Origin: an uncultured Phycisphaerales bacterium
GTDB lineage: Bacteria; Planctomycetota; Phycisphaerae; Tepidisphaerales; Tepidisphaeraceae
DNA: 64,000 nucleotides
Reading direction: 5' to 3'
Assembly (NCBI GenBank): GCA_963758525.1
Contig: CAVWVQ010000001.1
Span: 352,001-416,000 of the forward strand
Shown: positions 19,897-33,771 of the stretch, one piece after another
Layout: every line of letters starts with the position of its first letter
How positions within the stretch are numbered: position 1 is the first letter of the stretch
Notes under the pieces: model-generated
What the model was told of the DNA's origin: nothing
The model's database searches: none
Seen by the model: the letters and a program-made list of their open reading frames with translations, nothing else
Position numbers and translations under genes: made by a program

Positions 19897-21117
19897 TCAC
19901 GGACCTGGCGCAGCGATAAGCCGCGCGACTTCCTGACAATCCTTATCCCCCCGCCCGGAGAGATTGATCACGACGATCTGATCGCGGCTCATCTTCGGTG
20001 CAATCTTCGCGACGTACGCGATGGCGTGGGCGGTTTCCAGCGCCGGCAGAATCCCCTCCAGCCGCGCCAGCAGTTGGAACGCATCCAGCGCCTCGGCGTC
20101 GCTGATCGTCACATACTCTACGCGCCCCAAGTCTTTCCAATAGGCATGCTCCGGACCAACGCCGGGATAGTCCAGTCCGGCGCTGACGGAATGCACATCG
20201 GCAGTTTGCCCATCGTCATTCTGCAGGACATACGAGAGCGACCCATGCAGCACGCCGGGCTTGCCGGACGAGAGAGCGGCCGCGTGCAGGCCCAGCGCCG
20301 ACCCGCGCCCGCCGGCTTCAACGCCGATCAGTTTCACCGATGCATCCGGCGCAAACGGCGCGAAGATGCCGGCGGCGTTCGAGCCGCCGCCGACGCATGC
20401 GACGACCAGATCGGGCAGCCGGCCTTCGAGGGCCAGACACTGCTCGCGCGTTTCCCGTCCGATCATCGCCTGGAACTCACGCACGATCATGGGAAACGGA
20501 TGCGGCCCGACGACCGAGCCGATGATGTAATGCGTCTGCTCGACGCTGCCCATCCAGTCGCGCATCGCCTGGTTCGTGGCATCCTTCAGCGTCCTGGAGC
20601 CGCTGGTCACTTCGATCACCCGCGCGCCCATCAGCTTCATGCGAAAGACATTGAGCGTTTGCCGGCGGATATCTTCAGAGCCCATGTACACATCGCACTC
20701 GAGCCCGAATAGTGCGGCCGCGGTCGCGGTGGCGACGCCGTGCTGCCCGGCGCCGGTTTCGGCGATCAATCGCTTCTTGCCCATCCGCAAGGTGAGCAGG
20801 GCCTGGCCGATGGTGTTGTTGATCTTGTGAGCGCCGGTGTGATTGAGGTCTTCGCGCTTGAGATAGATTTTTGCGCCGCCAAGCTTTTCAGTGAGCCGCT
20901 TGGCGAAATAGAAACGGCTGGGTCTGCCGACAAACTCCCGGAGGTAGTAGTCAAATTCGCGATGAAACGATTCATCAGCAATGGCCCGCCGATACTCCGC
21001 TTCCAGTTGCTGCAACGCGAGGATCAGTGTTTCGGGAACGAAAACGCCGCCGTAGGGACCAAAATGACCGCTGGCGTCGGGAAGCGTTGGCGAGCTTTTT
21101 GCCACAGTGGAAGACAT
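19897..21117 (-). CDS. trpB: Tryptophan synthase beta chain
   Basis: [52 protein letters not shown]. Confidence 0.98.
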   Translation of the reverse strand: MSSTVAKSSPTLPDASGHFGPYGGVFVPETLILALQQLEAEYRRAIADESFHREFDYYLREFVGRPSRFYFAKRLTEKLGGAKIYLKREDLNHTGAHKINNTIGQALLTLRMGKKRLIAETGAGQHGVATATAAALFGLECDVYMGSEDIRRQTLNVFRMKLMGARVIEVTSGSRTLKDATNQAMRDWMGSVEQTHYIIGSVVGPHPFPMIVREFQAMIGRETREQCLALEGRLPDLVVACVGGGSNAAGIFAPFAPDASVKLIGVEAGGRGSALGLHAAALSSGKPGVLHGSLSYVLQNDDGQTADVHSVSAGLDYPGVGPEHAYWKDLGRVEYVTISDAEALDAFQLLARLEGILPALETAHAIAYVAKIAPKMSRDQIVVINLSGRGDKDCQEVARLIAAPGP

Positions 21118-21125
21118 CGGACGCG

Positions 21126-21155
21126 ATGGTAAGGGAGCGACCAAGCAAACTGCAA
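21126..21155 (-). promoter_or_regulatory. Putative sigma70 promoter for trpB (TTGCAG-N18-TACCAT), 8 nt before ATG
   Basis: Consensus match; no SD and no Trp-rich leader peptide visible. Confidence 0.5.
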
Positions 21156-21240
21156 CAGGAGAAGGGTTTGATCCCCGCAGCTTGATTGGGGTTAGCCGCG
21201 ACGCGCAGCGGAGCGCGTCCGAACGCGCTCTGAATCTCTC

Positions 21241-22131
21241 CTACGACTTTGCCGGGGACGCGGATTCCACCGCCGCCGGCTGATCCTCCACTGCGTCTTC
21301 AGTGTCAGGAATGCTCATCCAATATCCGAGCAGCGCGCCGAACATTCCAGCGCTCGCATAATCGAGGGGGAGAGGGCGCGCCAGCGGAGCCCAGAAGCCG
21401 TCGAGCTCGCGCGAGCCGGTGTTCCAACCCTGGCTCTGGATCGCGGCCAGCAGGTAGCCGATGACTCCGACCGCGATCGGAGCGATCCAATACCATCGTC
21501 CGGCTTGCGGCGTGGGGGAGTTTGACTGCATCACGCTGGAGCCGACGAGGCCGGCGATGAAGACCGCGGCCACGCATTGCTTCTTGGCGTCGGTCTGTGC
21601 CAGGATGAGCACGACGATTGCCATCAGAACGGTTTGCAGAGCGACGGACGTGAGAATTTTAGAAAGTTGGGGCGGCTCCGCCTCGAGGCTCGGCTCCTCC
21701 CAGAGGAAGAGCCAGATTGCGGCAATCGTCGCACCCAGGAGAGCCAGTTCGACTGCCAGTTGAGTGAAGACGCTCGCGCTGGGCGCGTAGAGGAGCACTT
21801 CGTGCATGGGGCCGCCGCGCATCGACCAGGCGCTCATGCCGGCCGAGGCCGCGCTGAGCGAGGCCAGAAACCACCTCCCGCGGAGAAAAGCGCTGGCCAG
21901 CAGCGTGCATCCGATCAGCAGCACGATGAGAGTGAAGAGCGAGAGTACGGCTGCTCCAAGGGTCGGCTGCCGCAGCAAGCTTCCGCCATGGCGGTACTCC
22001 GCGGGGATACGCAGGAGGGCGCCGGCGTACCAGAAAATCAGAAAGCAGCCCAGCGCGGTGCCGGTGAACAGCACTTGCGTTACTCGATACGACCAGCGAA
22101 CTCCCGGTTCAACGTCGTCTTGTTCATCCAT
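21241..22131 (-). CDS. Multi-pass membrane protein of unknown function
   Basis: 296-aa ORF with about 8 hydrophobic segments. Confidence 0.8.
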   Translation of the reverse strand: MDEQDDVEPGVRWSYRVTQVLFTGTALGCFLIFWYAGALLRIPAEYRHGGSLLRQPTLGAAVLSLFTLIVLLIGCTLLASAFLRGRWFLASLSAASAGMSAWSMRGGPMHEVLLYAPSASVFTQLAVELALLGATIAAIWLFLWEEPSLEAEPPQLSKILTSVALQTVLMAIVVLILAQTDAKKQCVAAVFIAGLVGSSVMQSNSPTPQAGRWYWIAPIAVGVIGYLLAAIQSQGWNTGSRELDGFWAPLARPLPLDYASAGMFGALLGYWMSIPDTEDAVEDQPAAVESASPAKS

Positions 22132-22240
22132 GAGATTTAACTCGAGCTGGCAGCCCTAACGCTATGCTAACTGCCACTCGGCTCCTATGATGAAAGAACC
22201 GTAACAGAAGTGCGGCGGATGTGCTAATAGGCCGCTGCAT

Positions 22241-22467
22241 GTGGCACGGGCATCGAAACGCAATCGCAAGTGGCGCCGTTGTGCGCGAATCGCAATTGTG
22301 GTGCAGGCTTCCAGCCTGCTTTTGCGACCGTGGCAGGCTGGAAGCCTCCACCACAACGGGACTGCGATTGCCTGACATTCGGTGTCACGTGTGTCGTGCT
22401 TAAGCGACTTTGGTAATCAATCTCTCTTTGCTCCGCGCCGCTAACACGGGCAGGATGCCCGTGCCAC
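22241..22467. repeat. Nested repeats: family D inverted pair (GTGGCACGGGCATC) enclosing a family C pair (22296-22356)
   Basis: gtggcacgggcatc 22241-22254 and gatgcccgtgccac 22454-22467. Confidence 0.8.
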
Positions 22468-22475
22468 GGGCAAAA

Positions 22476-25041
<2,566 letters not shown>

Positions 25042-25048
25042 GGGATTC

Positions 25049-25702
25049 ATGTGCGGCCGTTACCGGTTGATGAAGCTGAATCTGCTGCTGCACGCGTTTC
25101 CCTGGATTACCGGCTTGCCGTTCGATGAATCGCAGGGCGAGGACATCGCGCCGACGCAGCCGGTGTTGGTCATCTCCAATGACAAGCCCGACGCGTTCGA
25201 TCTCTATCGCTGGGGGCTGGTGCCCGCATGGGCAAAGGACATGTCCGTCGGCAACCGCATGTTCAACGCGCGTGCCGAGACGCTTGCTGAAAAGTCCGCT
25301 TTCAAAACAGCGCTTCGCAAGCGGCGCTGCCTGATTCCCGCGGACGGTTTCTACGAATGGAAGGCTGAGCCGGGCAGCAAGCGGAAGACGAAAGTGCTGT
25401 TTGAGCTGGCAACGGGCGAGCCATTTGCATTTGCCGGCTTGTGGGATGTTTGGCGCGACCCCGAGGGGAAGTCGGTTCGCTCATGCACCATGATCACGAC
25501 GACGCCAAATGAACTTGTGGCGCCGGTGCATAATCGCATGCCGGCGATTGTGCGTGCGGAGGAGTACCGAAAGTGGATTGGGGAGGGCGACATTCCGCAG
25601 GAAGAGTTGGGGAAACTGCTGTCGCCCTACCCGGCCGACCAGATGCGGGCCGCGCCGATTGAACCACCCGAACTACCACGCATACGCACGCTGTTCGATT
25701 GA
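25049..25702 (+). CDS. SOS response-associated peptidase (SRAP; YedK/HMCES family)
   Basis: N-terminal MCGRY, WGLVP.W, NARAET, RRCLIPADGFYEW, HNRMP. Confidence 0.95.
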   Translation: MCGRYRLMKLNLLLHAFPWITGLPFDESQGEDIAPTQPVLVISNDKPDAFDLYRWGLVPAWAKDMSVGNRMFNARAETLAEKSAFKTALRKRRCLIPADGFYEWKAEPGSKRKTKVLFELATGEPFAFAGLWDVWRDPEGKSVRSCTMITTTPNELVAPVHNRMPAIVRAEEYRKWIGEGDIPQEELGKLLSPYPADQMRAAPIEPPELPRIRTLFD

Positions 25703-25739
25703 CGAAGCGCGTCCGACTCCATCTGCTAGAATCGCAACC

Positions 25740-26684
25740 ATGACCGCGGATGAGAACACGCTGCTCGGCATTGAGATCGGCGGAACGAAGCTGCAAGTGG
25801 TGCTCGGAAGCGCGACGGGGCACGTTCTGCGCCGCTGGCGCGGCACAGTCGCTCGCGAACACGGCAGGGCTGGAATCTGCGAGCAACTGCGCATCGCCGT
25901 GCGGGAGCTACTTTGCGGAGCGCGCCCGTCAGCCGTGGGAGCGGGCTTCGGCGGCCCAGTCGACTGGCGCAACGGCCGGGTCTGCAAATCGCATCAGATC
26001 TCCGGATGGGAAGGATTCGAACTGTCGCAGTTCCTCAGCGAGATCACGGGCGCACAGGCTTATGCCGACAACGATGCGAATGTCGCCGCGCTGGGTGAAG
26101 CGATCGTTGGGGCGGGACGCAGCTTGGATCCTGTGTTCTACGTGACGCTCGGGAGCGGCGTGGGCGGAGGACTGGTTATCGAGCGAACGATTTATCACGG
26201 GGCGCCGCCCGGGGAAGCCGAGTTTGGACATCTTCTTCTGGACCGAGAGGGCGCCAATGTTGAATCGCGCTGCTCGGGATGGGCCGTCGACCGGCGTATC
26301 CGCGCTGCGATCGCGGCCGACCCGCGGTGCATGCTGGCTCGTCTCGCTGGAACAGGGAGCGGGGCCGAGTCACACCATCTCCCGGCAGCGTTGCTATCGG
26401 ACGATGTGATTGCCAGAGAAATCCTCGATTCGCTCGCCGCTGATCTGGGCTTTGCGCTCTGCCATGTGGCGCACCTGCTTCACCCGCGCGTCATCATTCT
26501 CGGCGGCGGACTTTCGCTGATTGGCGAGCCGCTTCGGGCAGCCGTGACGAAGGAGCTTGCCAAACATATCATGGCGGCGTTCGCACCGGGGCCGCAAGTG
26601 AAGCTGGCGGAATTGGGCGAAGACGCGGTGCCGGTCGGGGCACTGATTCTCGCCGCACAATGTCACGAATCCGCACGCGCGTAA
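25740..26684 (+). CDS. ROK family sugar kinase
   Basis: GIEIGGTK, DNDANVAALGE, TLGSGVGGG, EFGH, ILGGG. Confidence 0.92.
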   Translation: MTADENTLLGIEIGGTKLQVVLGSATGHVLRRWRGTVAREHGRAGICEQLRIAVRELLCGARPSAVGAGFGGPVDWRNGRVCKSHQISGWEGFELSQFLSEITGAQAYADNDANVAALGEAIVGAGRSLDPVFYVTLGSGVGGGLVIERTIYHGAPPGEAEFGHLLLDREGANVESRCSGWAVDRRIRAAIAADPRCMLARLAGTGSGAESHHLPAALLSDDVIAREILDSLAADLGFALCHVAHLLHPRVIILGGGLSLIGEPLRAAVTKELAKHIMAAFAPGPQVKLAELGEDAVPVGALILAAQCHESARA

Positions 26685-26717
26685 CGCGCCGCAGTCGTTT
26701 CCGACGGAGGTTGATTC

Positions 26718-27338
26718 ATGGCCGCAGAGCAGGATGCGCAGAGCACGTCGAAAACCGCAGCCAGGTTTGGCGCCTGGATCGAGCAGTATCGAACCGCACA
26801 GAATGCCGCCACGACATCGATTCCCATCGATGCCGTCGCGCGTTTGATCGCGCGTTTGCGGACGCTGCTGGCGGAGGACCGGCAGCTCTTTGTCTTCGGC
26901 AATGGAGGCAGCGGATCCAACGCGTCGCATTTCGCGACCGATCTCGGGAAAGGCGCTTCCGACAAGCTCGGCAAACGCTTCCGAGTGCTCTGCCTCAACG
27001 ACAACGTGAGCTGGATGACGGCCATCGCAAACGACCGCGCGTATGACGAAGTCTTCAGCCGGCAACTGATGAATTATGCGCGTGCCGGTGACATGGTGCT
27101 GGTGCTCAGTGTGAGCGGCAGCTCCCCAAATGTGGTCAAGGCGGTCGAGTGGGCCAAATCGCATTCGGTCTTTACCGCCGCACTGATCGGCGGCAAGCGC
27201 GGCCGGCTCGCGGAAATCTGCGATGAAGCGATTGTGATCGATTCCACTCATTACGGCCGTGTCGAAGACGCGCAGATGTCCATTGCTCACATGCTTTGCT
27301 ATGCCTTCATCGAAAATCCTGGGTGGGAACAGTCGTAG
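26718..27338 (+). CDS. SIS-domain sugar-phosphate isomerase (GmhA-like)
   Basis: FGNGGSGSNASHFATDL, TAIAND, SVSGSSPNV, VEDAQ. Confidence 0.9.
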   Translation: MAAEQDAQSTSKTAARFGAWIEQYRTAQNAATTSIPIDAVARLIARLRTLLAEDRQLFVFGNGGSGSNASHFATDLGKGASDKLGKRFRVLCLNDNVSWMTAIANDRAYDEVFSRQLMNYARAGDMVLVLSVSGSSPNVVKAVEWAKSHSVFTAALIGGKRGRLAEICDEAIVIDSTHYGRVEDAQMSIAHMLCYAFIENPGWEQS

Positions 27339-27413
27339 CCGCGGTGGGCGCCCGGATCACACCATATAGCTTGCTGTGCGAGGCTCTTTATTCTTGCGAG
27401 CATCTCATCAAGC

Positions 27414-27447
27414 AGAAAACCCACGGAGCAAGCTCCGTGGGTTTTCT
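27414..27447. terminator. Perfect 16-bp inverted repeat; likely bidirectional terminator between the SIS gene and groEL
   Basis: agaaaacccacggagc-aa-gctccgtgggttttct. Confidence 0.7.
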
Positions 27448-27480
27448 CAAAAAATCCTGATCGCGAAATCGCGGGAATGA

Positions 27481-29145
<1,665 letters not shown>

Positions 29146-29252
29146 TTAAAACGGTGACGTTCAGTTCGCCGTATGCGAAAACAAATGAAACGTGAAGAGG
29201 CTCAGACATCGGTCTTTGTCACGGTCCACGTTTCACGTTCCACTTGCGGTCG

Positions 29253-29543
29253 TTATTCAACGACCGCAAGAATGTCGTCCTCACCCAGAATCATGAGCTC
29301 TTCGCCGTCGAGCTTGATCTCGGTGCCGGCATAGCTGGCGAAGATGACTTCGTCGCCTTTCTTGACGCTCAGCGGGGCGCGCTCGCCCGTGTCGAGACGC
29401 TTGCCGTCTCCGACGCTGAGGATCTTCCCTCGCTTGGGCTTTTCCTTCGCCGAATCCGGCAACACAATTCCGCTCTTGGTCTTGGTCTCGGCTTCAACCC
29501 GCTTGATGAGAATCTTGTCTCCGAGAGGACGCAGCTTGGCCAT
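29253..29543 (-). CDS. groS: Co-chaperonin GroES
   Basis: LRPLGDKILI, TKSGIVLPDSAKEKP, YAGTEIK; AAGGAG SD. Confidence 0.98.
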   Translation of the reverse strand: MAKLRPLGDKILIKRVEAETKTKSGIVLPDSAKEKPKRGKILSVGDGKRLDTGERAPLSVKKGDEVIFASYAGTEIKLDGEELMILGEDDILAVVE

Positions 29544-29644
29544 CTGAACACACTCCTTAAAAGGTGAAAGTAATGAAGTCTCGTTTCCGCGAGAGTTTTT
29601 CGTCTTGGTTTTCAGTTTTTGGTCTTCGGTTTTGATTTTTCGCT

Positions 29645-30079
29645 TTACTCTTGCTTTTCAACCGCCGGCACCGATCCGGGCCAGCGGCTTTCGTAATGTC
29701 TTCGCAGCACTCGCGCCAGCACGTCGAGCAAGACGTTGAAGTCAACCGGCTTGCCGAGAACGCTGAACACATGCATTCCCAGCGCTTCCCGCAGCAGCGT
29801 GCTGCTCATATCGTTGGCCAGGAGAATCGCGGGCGGCGCGTTGTTCATTTCCCGCATCATCCGAATCACCTGCAGGCCCCCAAGCTGGGGCATCTGCTGG
29901 TCGAGCACCGCAACATGCACCGGCGTGGACTCCATCAGCCTCAGCGCCTCGCGGCCGCTGTGAGCGGAAAGCGTCTGCACGCCCTGCGGCTGCAGAAGCC
30001 GGGTAATTGTCTGATGCCAACCCTCCTGCTCGTTAGCCAAGAGAACGGTCAACCGATTTGTATGGCTCGCCTGCATCAT
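29645..30079 (-). CDS. Single-domain response regulator (receiver)
   Basis: VAVLDQQMPQLGGL, KPVD; acidic pocket atypical (LANE). Confidence 0.85.
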   Translation of the reverse strand: MMQASHTNRLTVLLANEQEGWHQTITRLLQPQGVQTLSAHSGREALRLMESTPVHVAVLDQQMPQLGGLQVIRMMREMNNAPPAILLANDMSSTLLREALGMHVFSVLGKPVDFNVLLDVLARVLRRHYESRWPGSVPAVEKQE

Positions 30080-30308
30080 GGTGGCTGAGTCTGTACACGG
30101 TGCCTTCCCAACAGTCTCCTTAACAACCTCCGTGCCGGAAAGAAGAGAGTGCTCTCTGCGACCTTAGTGCTTGCCATTGAGCGGGTTAGAAGACTTGGGG
30201 ACAGGAGATTTTCGCCGCGGCACCGACGATGTTCTGCCAAAGTTGGGATCGCTGGCGAACGCGCTGCCAGAGTGGCAGCGGTGAATCGACGCGGATACAG
30301 TTCGTGGC

Positions 30309-30682
30309 ATGGCGACGATTCGAGTGGAACGGATGGATCATGTGGCGATCGACGTCACGGACATGGGATGCGCGCGGGAGTTCTATGTTGGGCTGCTGGG
30401 GCTGCGCGAAGTCCCCCGGCCGATCAGCTTCGACTTTCCCGGCGCCTGGTTCGAAACCGGATCGGCCCTCCTCCACATCGTCTCGCGCCGCAGCGCGACG
30501 CCGACGGGCGGAGGCATCTCTGCTTTTTCGTCGCCGACCTGCACCAGGCGATGGAAGCGGTGCAATCGGCCGGTTTTCCGGTCACCGACGACGGACGCGG
30601 CACCATCCCCGGGATCGAAAGGTTTTACACGATGGATCCGGATGGGAACCGGATCGAGATTCAGGCGGCTGCGTCCCGCTAA
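30309..30682 (+). CDS. VOC/glyoxalase family protein (frameshift near 30505)
   Basis: DHVAIDVTD, FY.GLLGL, RHLCF, DPDGNRIE. Confidence 0.88.
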
Positions 30683-30728
30683 ATAGCTGTGCGCGCTCCC
30701 GCCCGGTCCGGAGTGACCGATCAATGCA

Positions 30729-30828
30729 GAACACGAATCGACACGAATTTCACACGAATCTTCACGAAACAGATTTCCTTCGCATTCATTCGTGGCGATT
30801 CGTGGGCCATTCGTGCAGATTCGTGTTT
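30729..30828. repeat. Inverted pair of CACGAAT/ATTCGTG tandem repeats
   Basis: acacgaat x3-4 followed by attcgtg x4. Confidence 0.8.
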
Positions 30829-30901
30829 CCTCTTCACGGATTGGCGCGGGACCTCGGAGATTGACGGCGAGCCTTCGCGCAAGGTCACAGGGGTGCCGCG
30901 A

Positions 30902-32357
30902 TCATCGCGCGTCTGAAGGCGTGGTCGTCGGCGCGCTCGCTGGAGCAACCGCCCCAACCGTCGGCGTCGTTGGATTCTTCAACAGGGCCGGCTCGATCCA
31001 ATTCAGCCGGGCGCGAGTGTCCATTCGGTTGCCAAAATCGACCTCGAGCGTCAGCGACCTGGCGTTTTCAAGTTGCTGCACGATCACCGGCGAAAGAATT
31101 CCGCCGTGAACGTGCGGCTGCTCGTAGACCACCTTCCCGTCGAGCTTGAGGCGAACCGTGACATCCGCCGCGACGGCATCGGCGCTGTCGCCGTCGATCG
31201 CGTACTGGGTGCGAAATGCGGTCCAGCTTCCGTCGAGCGGCCAGGTAAGCCGGGAGAACGCGTGCACGCCGATGCCATGCGCGAAGGTTGCGTCCCGGAA
31301 CCGCAATACGTCGCCCGTGACGGAGCGATCCATCTGCGCGGGCCAGGACTGGCCGGGGGAAATGAACGGCACGTAGACGCTCTCCGATGGCGGACGAACG
31401 GAGAGCCAACTCACCGGACCGTTGATCTGCTCGATGGCGCAAACGCGCGCCAGGTCAATGGAACTGGGCGCATTTCCCGGGATCGTGAAGCGCAATGCGT
31501 TGCCGTCAAGCGCGAGCGATTGGGCGGCGATCGCAGTTCCATCATCGAGCCGCACGCGAAAAGACTGCCGCGGCTGGCGCTTGCCGGCGGGGGCGGCGAA
31601 TGAAATCAATCTGATTGCAGCGAGCGGAAGATCCGTATTCCCGTTCTGGGTCTGCACGGTGATTTTCCCGCCGCCGATGGCGGTGACAATTCCGTGCACC
31701 TGGTCGTTGTTGGCCAGCGTTACCGCATCGTCGCTGCCTCGCTGTTCGGGGGCGGTTGCGCCGCCGGCACCGATCGCAACCAGATCGCGCAGCGGGAGAC
31801 GAATTTCTCCCAGCGTCGGGCTATGCCATTGCATCTGCTCGCCGGTCATCGCCGCAGGCTCGCCACCGACGCGGTCGCCCCCTTGCAGGAAGAGCGTGAA
31901 CGGTCCGGCATCGGCACGTGGCGGAAGAACCCGGGAAATTTCCAGCAACTGCGTCAGCGGCACATCACGACCCTCGCCGGCAGGAGTGAGGCCGTGAACG
32001 GATTTGCCGTCGATGCGCTGGAGGTCGATGGCGGAAGATTGGAAATCGGCGGTGGTCAGTTGCCATTCGGTTTGCGCGGGCGCGTATCGGAAGAATCGTT
32101 AAGACCACGCAAAGTACCGCAGCCAAGGGGAACTGTGCGGGTTTTCCGAATGCAGCATTTCCCCCTCCCCTGGTACTCCGGGGGAGGTTTGGGGTGGGGG
32201 CCGGGCTGACGATTCGCACGGACCGCCCCCACCTCGATCCTCCCCCGGAGTACAAGGGGAGGAGGAAAGAGCAGCGAACCCAAACATTTGCCCGCGTCCG
32301 CGATATCCCGCGCGCGCGCCAAAAGTGGTCCTTCTGCAATGACTTGCTCGCGCTCAA
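30902..32357 (-). CDS. Secreted protein with C-terminal NPCBM/NEW2-like domain (start uncertain; frameshift near 32070)
   Basis: GIGVHAFSRL.WPLDG, F...YAID, LTLEVDFG, LNWIEP; candidate TTG start overlaps the upstream TGA. Confidence 0.75.
32160..32262. repeat. Family B inverted pair
   Basis: cccctcccctggtactccgggggaggt ... cctcccccggagtacaaggggagg. Confidence 0.85.
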
Positions 32358-33682
32358 CTCCCCGGCCCCTTTCCCGCGTAAACGGGCATGTACCGATTGG
32401 GCATCTGAAGAATGATCAGCGCCATCGACGTGGCGTATTCGTCGTTGAAGTCCCCTTCCCAATGACCATCTTCGTGCTTCTGCCGGGAAATCAGCTCGTC
32501 GCGGATGGCGGGGTAAAAGGTCTCCCAGTACTTGCCGCCGGCGAGGAACATTGCCTGAGTGGCATAATAGTAGCCGTAGTAATAGTGCCCCTCGTTCTGA
32601 GCGGACGTTGGCGATCCGGGCGTGAATTGCTTCACGTAATCGAGGCCGCGCACGAGATCGTTTCCTTCAAAGACGCCGGCGTAGTAGAGGGCGGCGACTC
32701 CCGCGGCAGAGCGGGCAAAGCCGCTGCCGCCGGCGCCACCGCCGGACGCGGCGGACATATAGCTGAACCCGCCGTCGGGGTTCTGGCACGACCGGACGTA
32801 ATGAATCGCCTGATCGATGACGGTCTTGCTGACCTTGATTCCCGCGTCACGGGCCGCACGCAGTGCCATAACCTGGCAGATCGTGACGCTGATGTCGGCG
32901 TCATACGGCACCGGCTGATAGCGCCAGCCGCCCTCGGGATTCTGCGTTTTTTCGATCAGACGCACCGCGCGCTCGAGGCGGTCCTTCACCTCTTCATCTC
33001 CGGTCATTCCATATAATTCTCCGAGCATCAGCGTCGCGAAGCCGTGGCCGTACATCGGCCCCTGCCCGGCATCCGCGGAGATCAGCCCGGACTCCTGACA
33101 ACTGTTCAAAACGAACCGCAGCGACCGCTCGACTTCGCGCCCATACTTGCCGCGATTGGGAAGGTTTCCGGATTGCATGAACGCAATGCCGGCCAGCGCG
33201 GTGATGGCGGCGCGGTTGGAATATCCCTGCATGCCCGTCGTGTAACTCCCATCGGGACCCTGCCGGTGCGAGAGCCAGGCAAGTCCATATTCGACGGCGT
33301 GCTGCTGCTGGGGCGTGATCTCATCGCCGCGGACTTTGTTGGGCTCCGGGGCGACGGCGCCCGCGGAGGCGGCGTCCGGGTTGTCCGCGAGGCTCTGCGG
33401 CATTCTTGAGAATAGCAGTAGTCCGATCACCGCAAACGGAATGCAGCTTAACGGGGCGCGCCTCGCGTCGCGGCGAGGAGCACATTTCGGAACTTCGAGC
33501 GACCTGCCCCCTCTCCCGGTACTCCGGGAGAGGGCGGGGGTGAGGGTGATTTTGAATCTCGGGCGCCGTTGGTCCTCGAAATCGCCCTCACCCCAACCCG
33601 CTCCCGGAGTACCGGGAGAGGGGGCAATGAAACGGGCTTTGATCGGAGGGGAACTCAAGGTTGGATCGCTGGCGTTTTCCAT
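32354..33682 (-). CDS. Prenyltransferase/squalene-oxidase repeat protein (start uncertain)
   Basis: Q..DG.W/F repeats (QGPDGSY, QNPEGGWRY, QNPDGGFSY), MYGHGFATL.L.E. Confidence 0.88.
   Translation of the reverse strand: MENASDPTLSSPPIKARFIAPSPGTPGAGWGEGDFEDQRRPRFKITLTPALSRSTGRGGRSLEVPKCAPRRDARRAPLSCIPFAVIGLLLFSRMPQSLADNPDAASAGAVAPEPNKVRGDEITPQQQHAVEYGLAWLSHRQGPDGSYTTGMQGYSNRAAITALAGIAFMQSGNLPNRGKYGREVERSLRFVLNSCQESGLISADAGQGPMYGHGFATLMLGELYGMTGDEEVKDRLERAVRLIEKTQNPEGGWRYQPVPYDADISVTICQVMALRAARDAGIKVSKTVIDQAIHYVRSCQNPDGGFSYMSAASGGGAGGSGFARSAAGVAALYYAGVFEGNDLVRGLDYVKQFTPGSPTSAQNEGHYYYGYYYATQAMFLAGGKYWETFYPAIRDELISRQKHEDGHWEGDFNDEYATSMALIILQMPNRYMPVYAGKGPGS
33506..33625. repeat. Family B inverted pair
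   Basis: ccctctcccggtactccgggagaggg ... ctcccggagtaccgggagaggg. Confidence 0.9.
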
Positions 33683-33771
33683 ATGACTCAAACGACTCGG
33701 CAATTCGAATACGCGCTCCGCTTCGTGTCGCGGCTAACCGCGGAACGACGCGATCCGTTGCGGACGAATAT

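Noticed and set aside
21118..21240. trp attenuator or leader peptide
   Set aside because: No Trp-codon leader ORF; the region holds a family A repeat and a promoter-like motif next to the start.
22147..22176. CIRCE-like TGGCAG...TGCTAA/CTGCCA
   Set aside because: Spacing does not fit and no heat-shock gene is adjacent.
30145..30172. CIRCE operator upstream of the groESL region
   Set aside because: AGTGCT occurs twice as a direct repeat, not as the inverted TTAGCACTC-N9-GAGTGCTAA.
32354..33682. Squalene-hopene cyclase or terpene biosynthetic cluster
   Set aside because: Single short barrel with a signal-like segment, no DXDD motif, and MoxR-operon context.
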